This document shows, piece by piece, positions 59,805 through 64,000 of a stretch of DNA of 64,000 nt. This DNA comes from Gemmatimonadaceae bacterium. Its GTDB lineage: Bacteria > Gemmatimonadota > Gemmatimonadetes > Gemmatimonadales > Gemmatimonadaceae. Every line of letters begins with the position of its first letter. Position 1 is the stretch's first letter. Made by a program: the position numbers and the translations under genes. The stretch spans positions 640,001-704,000 of the forward strand of contig JBHYGA010000001.1 in NCBI GenBank assembly GCA_051859245.1, given 5' to 3'. Under the pieces are notes generated by a model. It was not told the origin of the DNA, made no database searches, and saw only the letters and a list, made by a program, of their open reading frames with translations.

Positions 59805-60982
59805 TGCTGACACCCGCCATGCTGCCCGCGTTGCAGCGACACATTGCGGCGCTCGATGTTGATGGCTGGTTGCTGTATGACTTTCGTGGCACGAATGCGA
59901 TTGCGTCGGGACTGCTCGGATTCTCGGGACTGGTCTCGCGTCGCGTGTTTGCGTGGATTCCGCGAGAGGGCACGCCAATCGGTATCCAGCACGCGATCGA
60001 ACCGGGACCGTGGTCACAGTGGCCATCCGAGTGGCCACTCCGCGTGTACAGCGGCTGGCGTGAGCTCGAGTCGAATGTTGCCGCGCTGGTGACCAATCGC
60101 CGCGTCGCCATGGAGTATTCGGCTGGCGACGCCATTCCGTATCTTGATCGCATTCCGGCTGGTGTGATCGAAATGGTGCGCGCGACGGGCGCCACCGTGG
60201 TCAGCTCCGGCGAGTTGGTGAGTCGTGTCTACGCCACGTGGTCGCCGGAGAATCGCGCATCGCACGAGCGAGCCGCCGAGCACATTCGTCGCATTGCGCT
60301 GAGCGCGTTTACGATCGCGGGTGAGCGCGCGCGGACAAACAACCCTGCCAGTGAGCATGAGCTGCAGGCGTACATTCTGTCGGAGTTCGCGTCAGCTGGT
60401 TTGTTTACCGATCACGGTCCCGATGTGGCCGCTTCTGAGAACGCCGCCAACCCGCACTATGAGCCGAGCGCTGATCGCCCGCGCATGATTCGCGAGGGCG
60501 ATACGCTGCTTATTGATCTGTGGGCGCACGAAGCGGGTGGTGTGTATGCCGATCAAACGTGGATGGCTTCGATCGGTGCGCCGCGCGCAAAGGTGACTGC
60601 GGTGTGGGAAGCGATCCGCGATGCGCGTGATGCGGCACTGGCGCTGTTGCATGATCGACTGGCTCGCGGTGTGCCGGTGCGTGGCGCGGAGGCCGATGAC
60701 GCGGCGCGCGCGGTCATCACGGAGCGCGGGTTCGGACCGTATTTCACGCACCGCACCGGACATTCCATTGACGCACGCGAGCTGCACGGCTCCGGTCCGC
60801 AGATTGACAATCTCGAGTCGCGCGACGAACGGCTGCTGATTCCCGGTGTTGGATTTTCAATTGAACCGGGCGTGTACATTCCGGGCGAGTTCGGAATGCG
60901 CACGGAAGTGAACGCGTTGGTGACGGAAGATGGGATGCTGGTCACGCCAGGCGAGATCCAGCACGAGCTCATCGTGCTGTAG
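59804..60982 (+). CDS. M24 metallopeptidase (Xaa-Pro aminopeptidase-like)
   Basis: NPHY, LIDLW, YADQTW, HRTGHSI, FSIEPGVY, RTEVN metal ligands. Confidence 0.9.
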   Translation: MLTPAMLPALQRHIAALDVDGWLLYDFRGTNAIASGLLGFSGLVSRRVFAWIPREGTPIGIQHAIEPGPWSQWPSEWPLRVYSGWRELESNVAALVTNRRVAMEYSAGDAIPYLDRIPAGVIEMVRATGATVVSSGELVSRVYATWSPENRASHERAAEHIRRIALSAFTIAGERARTNNPASEHELQAYILSEFASAGLFTDHGPDVAASENAANPHYEPSADRPRMIREGDTLLIDLWAHEAGGVYADQTWMASIGAPRAKVTAVWEAIRDARDAALALLHDRLARGVPVRGAEADDAARAVITERGFGPYFTHRTGHSIDARELHGSGPQIDNLESRDERLLIPGVGFSIEPGVYIPGEFGMRTEVNALVTEDGMLVTPGEIQHELIVL

Positions 60983-61839
60983 TGCTGGCGTCTCAGCGCA
61001 TCGCAGGTGCTCGCACTGCATGGGTCGCAGCGGTATGCCTGTTGTCCGTCCTGGCCTGTGGGGAGGAGAATGATGCATCCGCTCCCGATACCCAGCTTGT
61101 GAAAATGTCGGCGCTGGCCGCGAATACATCGCTGGCGCAGCGCGACTACCGTGTAGACTCAGTCGCGTCGCCGGCAGGACAGATCTACGGTACGGTGCAG
61201 TTTGATGGCCGTCTTCCAGCGGACTCGCTGTTGCAGCCGACGCATGATCTGTCCACGTGCAAGCCGGTGGTGCATGCGCCGTTTGTTGGCGACAGCGACG
61301 GACTCGGCGACGCCGTGGTCTGGTTAGCGGGCGTCACCAACGGTGCGGCCGACACGACGTCACGTCGCGTGCCGCTCACCCTGAATGACTGTCAGCTGCA
61401 GCCACGCGTGCAACGAGCGGCCGTAGGTGGCACGCTACTCGTAGGCAGTCGCGACGCGATGAACGCCCGGTTGCGATTTATCTCGGCCGACGACTCCGCG
61501 GTTGTGGACTCCGCTGGCAATCGTGGCGAACCGCTGCCGCGCGAGTTGGTCCCACTGGCTGACGCGGGTGCGGTCGTGCCGATCACATCGGTGCTGGCCG
61601 AGCCCGGGCTTGTTGAAGTGCGCGACGATCATCATCCGTGGGTTCGTGGATGGATCGCGGTGGCGCCGCATCCGTACGTGGCGATTTCCAATGCGCGTGG
61701 CGAGTTCACCTTTGACCGTGTGCCAACTGGCGCGTATGTACTCGTCACCTGGCACGAGCGACTCGGGCGAATTGAACTGCCGGTGTATGTGGAGACGGGC
61801 GTGCAGACGCGTGTGACGGTGCGTTTCCGCGCACCGTGA
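60982..61839 (+). CDS. Lipoprotein with carboxypeptidase-regulatory-like/cupredoxin-like domains
   Basis: VLAC lipobox; CQLQPRV, D.HPW...W, PHPY.A.S...GEF...VP.G.Y...WHERLG. Confidence 0.7.
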   Translation: MLASQRIAGARTAWVAAVCLLSVLACGEENDASAPDTQLVKMSALAANTSLAQRDYRVDSVASPAGQIYGTVQFDGRLPADSLLQPTHDLSTCKPVVHAPFVGDSDGLGDAVVWLAGVTNGAADTTSRRVPLTLNDCQLQPRVQRAAVGGTLLVGSRDAMNARLRFISADDSAVVDSAGNRGEPLPRELVPLADAGAVVPITSVLAEPGLVEVRDDHHPWVRGWIAVAPHPYVAISNARGEFTFDRVPTGAYVLVTWHERLGRIELPVYVETGVQTRVTVRFRAP

Positions 61840-63612
61840 TTACGCCGGCAGTACCAACTCGCCGAACTGACGCGCGTAGAGCGACGAATACAGTCCGCCC
61901 AGCGTGATCAGCGCATCATGCGATCCCTGTTCGACAATTCGCCCCTGATCCATCACGATCACGCGATGCGCACGACGCACCGTGCTCAGTCGATGCGCAA
62001 TAATGATCGTGGTGCGGTGCTGCAGCAGCTTGGTGAGTGCGGCTTCCACCAACTGTTCGCTTTCTGAATCCAGGCTTGACGTGGCTTCGTCGAGAATGAC
62101 CACTGCCGGGTTCTTGAGAAACATGCGGGCAATCGCAATGCGCTGACGTTGCCCGCCAGATAATTTCACGCCGCGTTCGCCAACGAGTGTGGCCAGCCCG
62201 TCGGGCAAACGCTCGATGAACTCCCACGCATGTGCTGCGCGGGCCGCCGACTCAATGTCGTGCGTCGATGCATCGGCGCGCGCGTAGGCGATGTTCTCAC
62301 CAACTGTGCCGCTGAACAACGTGGGTTCCTGCGGCACAATGCCAATCGCGCCGCGCAGATCCGCGAGGGCCAGCGTGCGCACATCTTGTCCGTCGAGCGA
62401 AATGCTCCCCGACGTGACATCCCAGAAGCGTGGTACCAGAGACGCCAGCGTAGTTTTTCCGGCGCCGGAACGTCCAACGAGGGCAATGACTTCGCCCGGT
62501 GCGACCTCGAGCGTCACATCGGTGAGCACGGCCGGAGAATCCGCGCCGTAGCGAAAGTTAACATCCTGCAGCAACACGGCGCCGCGAACCGGGCGCGCGA
62601 GCGCGGCTGGTGTGGCTGGGTCAGCAACCGTGGCGCGTGAGTCGAGCAACTCAAAGACACGCTGCGCTGCACCCACGGCTTCCTGAAAGTTGCCAAAGAG
62701 TGAGGCCAGCGCGCCAACGGCGGCGGCAACGGTGAGCGCATAAAACAGAAACGATACCAGCGCGCCAGCCGTGAGTCGGCCGGCCAATACCTGCGCGCCA
62801 CCCTGCCACAGCACCGCGACTACAGACGCGAATGCAACAAATCCTACGACACCAAAGAAACCGGCGCGGAGTTTTGCACGGTATACAGCCGCAGACACCA
62901 CGCCGTCGAGCAATGAGCGAAAACGCTGCGTTTCAATGGGCTCGCGCGTAAAACTCTGCACGGTGCGAATGCTGGCAAACGCTTCGTCTGCGGTGCCCAT
63001 GGCCGTGGCAATACGATCCTGCACACCAGTGCTCGCTTTGCGAAGCGCGCGGCCAAAGAAAATCGCCGCCGCCACCACGATGGGCACCACCGCCAGCGTG
63101 GTGAGCGTGAGCCCAGGATTGGTAATCGTGAGCATGGCAATGCCGCCCACCAAAAACAGAATCTGTCGCGACAGCTCCGAAATCCACGTGCCGAGCAACG
63201 ATTGCAGCAGCGCGAGATCCGACGACAATCGACTGGTCAGCTCACCCGTGCGTCGCTCAGTAAAAAACGCCGGGCTCAGATTAATGAGATGCGCAAACGT
63301 ATCTTCGCGCAATTTGGCGACAATGCGTTCGGTTGTTGAGCTGAGCAGATACACCTGCACAAAGTTCATCAACCCTTGCACACCAAAAATCGCCAGCAGG
63401 GCGAGTGCAATACGATCGAGTGCGCTGCGGTCTTTCAGTTCGAATGCGGCGTCGAGCAGGTAGCCAATCACGAGCGGGAACACGAGCCCCGCGGCCGCAG
63501 CCACCACCAGACAAATAAACGCGATGATCAGTTTGCCGCGATATGGCGCCAGCCTCGGCAGCAATCGCGCGAGCGGGCGTGGCGAGACCAGCGAACGTTT
63601 CTCCGCCGTCAC
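61840..63612 (-). CDS. ABC exporter, fused permease/ATPase (MsbA-like)
   Basis: 6 TM plus GRSGAGKTT, LSGGQRQR, ILDEATSSLD, IAHRLST. Confidence 0.93.
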   Translation of the reverse strand: MTAEKRSLVSPRPLARLLPRLAPYRGKLIIAFICLVVAAAAGLVFPLVIGYLLDAAFELKDRSALDRIALALLAIFGVQGLMNFVQVYLLSSTTERIVAKLREDTFAHLINLSPAFFTERRTGELTSRLSSDLALLQSLLGTWISELSRQILFLVGGIAMLTITNPGLTLTTLAVVPIVVAAAIFFGRALRKASTGVQDRIATAMGTADEAFASIRTVQSFTREPIETQRFRSLLDGVVSAAVYRAKLRAGFFGVVGFVAFASVVAVLWQGGAQVLAGRLTAGALVSFLFYALTVAAAVGALASLFGNFQEAVGAAQRVFELLDSRATVADPATPAALARPVRGAVLLQDVNFRYGADSPAVLTDVTLEVAPGEVIALVGRSGAGKTTLASLVPRFWDVTSGSISLDGQDVRTLALADLRGAIGIVPQEPTLFSGTVGENIAYARADASTHDIESAARAAHAWEFIERLPDGLATLVGERGVKLSGGQRQRIAIARMFLKNPAVVILDEATSSLDSESEQLVEAALTKLLQHRTTIIIAHRLSTVRRAHRVIVMDQGRIVEQGSHDALITLGGLYSSLYARQFGELVLPA

Positions 63613-64000
63613 CGCGCCAGCGCCCGATCAACCGCCATCGCCACAAACAACAATGCCAGATACAACAACGAATATTTGTACACCCACCACGCCGGTCCAC
63701 TCCACGGAGTGCCCGCACGCGCGGCGCGTAACATTTGCAGAATTCCGCCGAGCAGCAACGCGCCGAGTATGACTGCGCTGGCGAGATACACGAGACCAAA
63801 CGCACCAACCCACCACGGTAGCGCGGTGAGCACGAGCAGAATGATCGTGTACCAGAGCATCTGGTACATTGTCTCGCGTTCACCCCAGACGAGTGGCGCC
63901 ATGGGCACACCGGCTTTGCCGTAGTCCACCTGTTTCATAAGCGCGAGCGCCCAGAAATGTGGCGGCGTCCAGTAGAACACAATCAGGAACAGGGTGAGCG
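63609..64000 (-). CDS. ctaB: Heme o synthase (protoheme IX farnesyltransferase), 3' part only
   Basis: FYWTPPHFWALAL...DY..AGVPM and YSLLYLALLF; truncated by the window edge. Confidence 0.9.
   Translation of the reverse strand, partial: LTLFLIVFYWTPPHFWALALMKQVDYGKAGVPMAPLVWGERETMYQMLWYTIILLVLTALPWWVGAFGLVYLASAVILGALLLGGILQMLRAARAGTPWSGPAWWVYKYSLLYLALLFVAMAVDRALAR

Overview
High-GC bacterial chromosomal segment, densely coding (~62 CDS). Gene content and style suggest Gemmatimonadota (Gemmatimonas-like); this is inference only. No rRNA, tRNA, CRISPR array, transposase, integrase or phage genes were seen. Core content: aguB-aguA (agmatine to putrescine), acnA, acs, ppa, an OmpR/histidine-kinase pair ahead of a CzcCBA/CusCBA-type RND pump, psuG, a fused M16 peptidase, a heme/cytochrome c region (ccmABC(D)-hemD-MFS-hemC-hemB, plus a partial heme o synthase at the right edge) and many envelope proteins. 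Most interesting: (1) a five-gene FAD oxidoreductase / flavin reductase / methyltransferase / SRPBCC / FabF-like ketosynthase operon with no ACP, chain-length factor or type III PKS, a candidate uncharacterised aromatic-lipid or polyketide pathway; (2) a patatin phospholipase fused to a ferredoxin domain; (3) an orphan mini-FliS with a sigma28-type promoter wedged antisense between the two-component genes and the RND pump; (4) an AdoMet-decarboxylase homolog lacking the pyruvoyl-forming serine, coupled to a membrane protein; (5) a likely triple beta-barrel outer-membrane protein with a Met/Arg/Asp-rich linker; (6) a 40-bp inverted-repeat element built from CGCAGAGG octamers; (7) repeated leaderless-transcript signatures. 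All calls come from motif recognition by eye, without database searches; several start codons are my best estimate.
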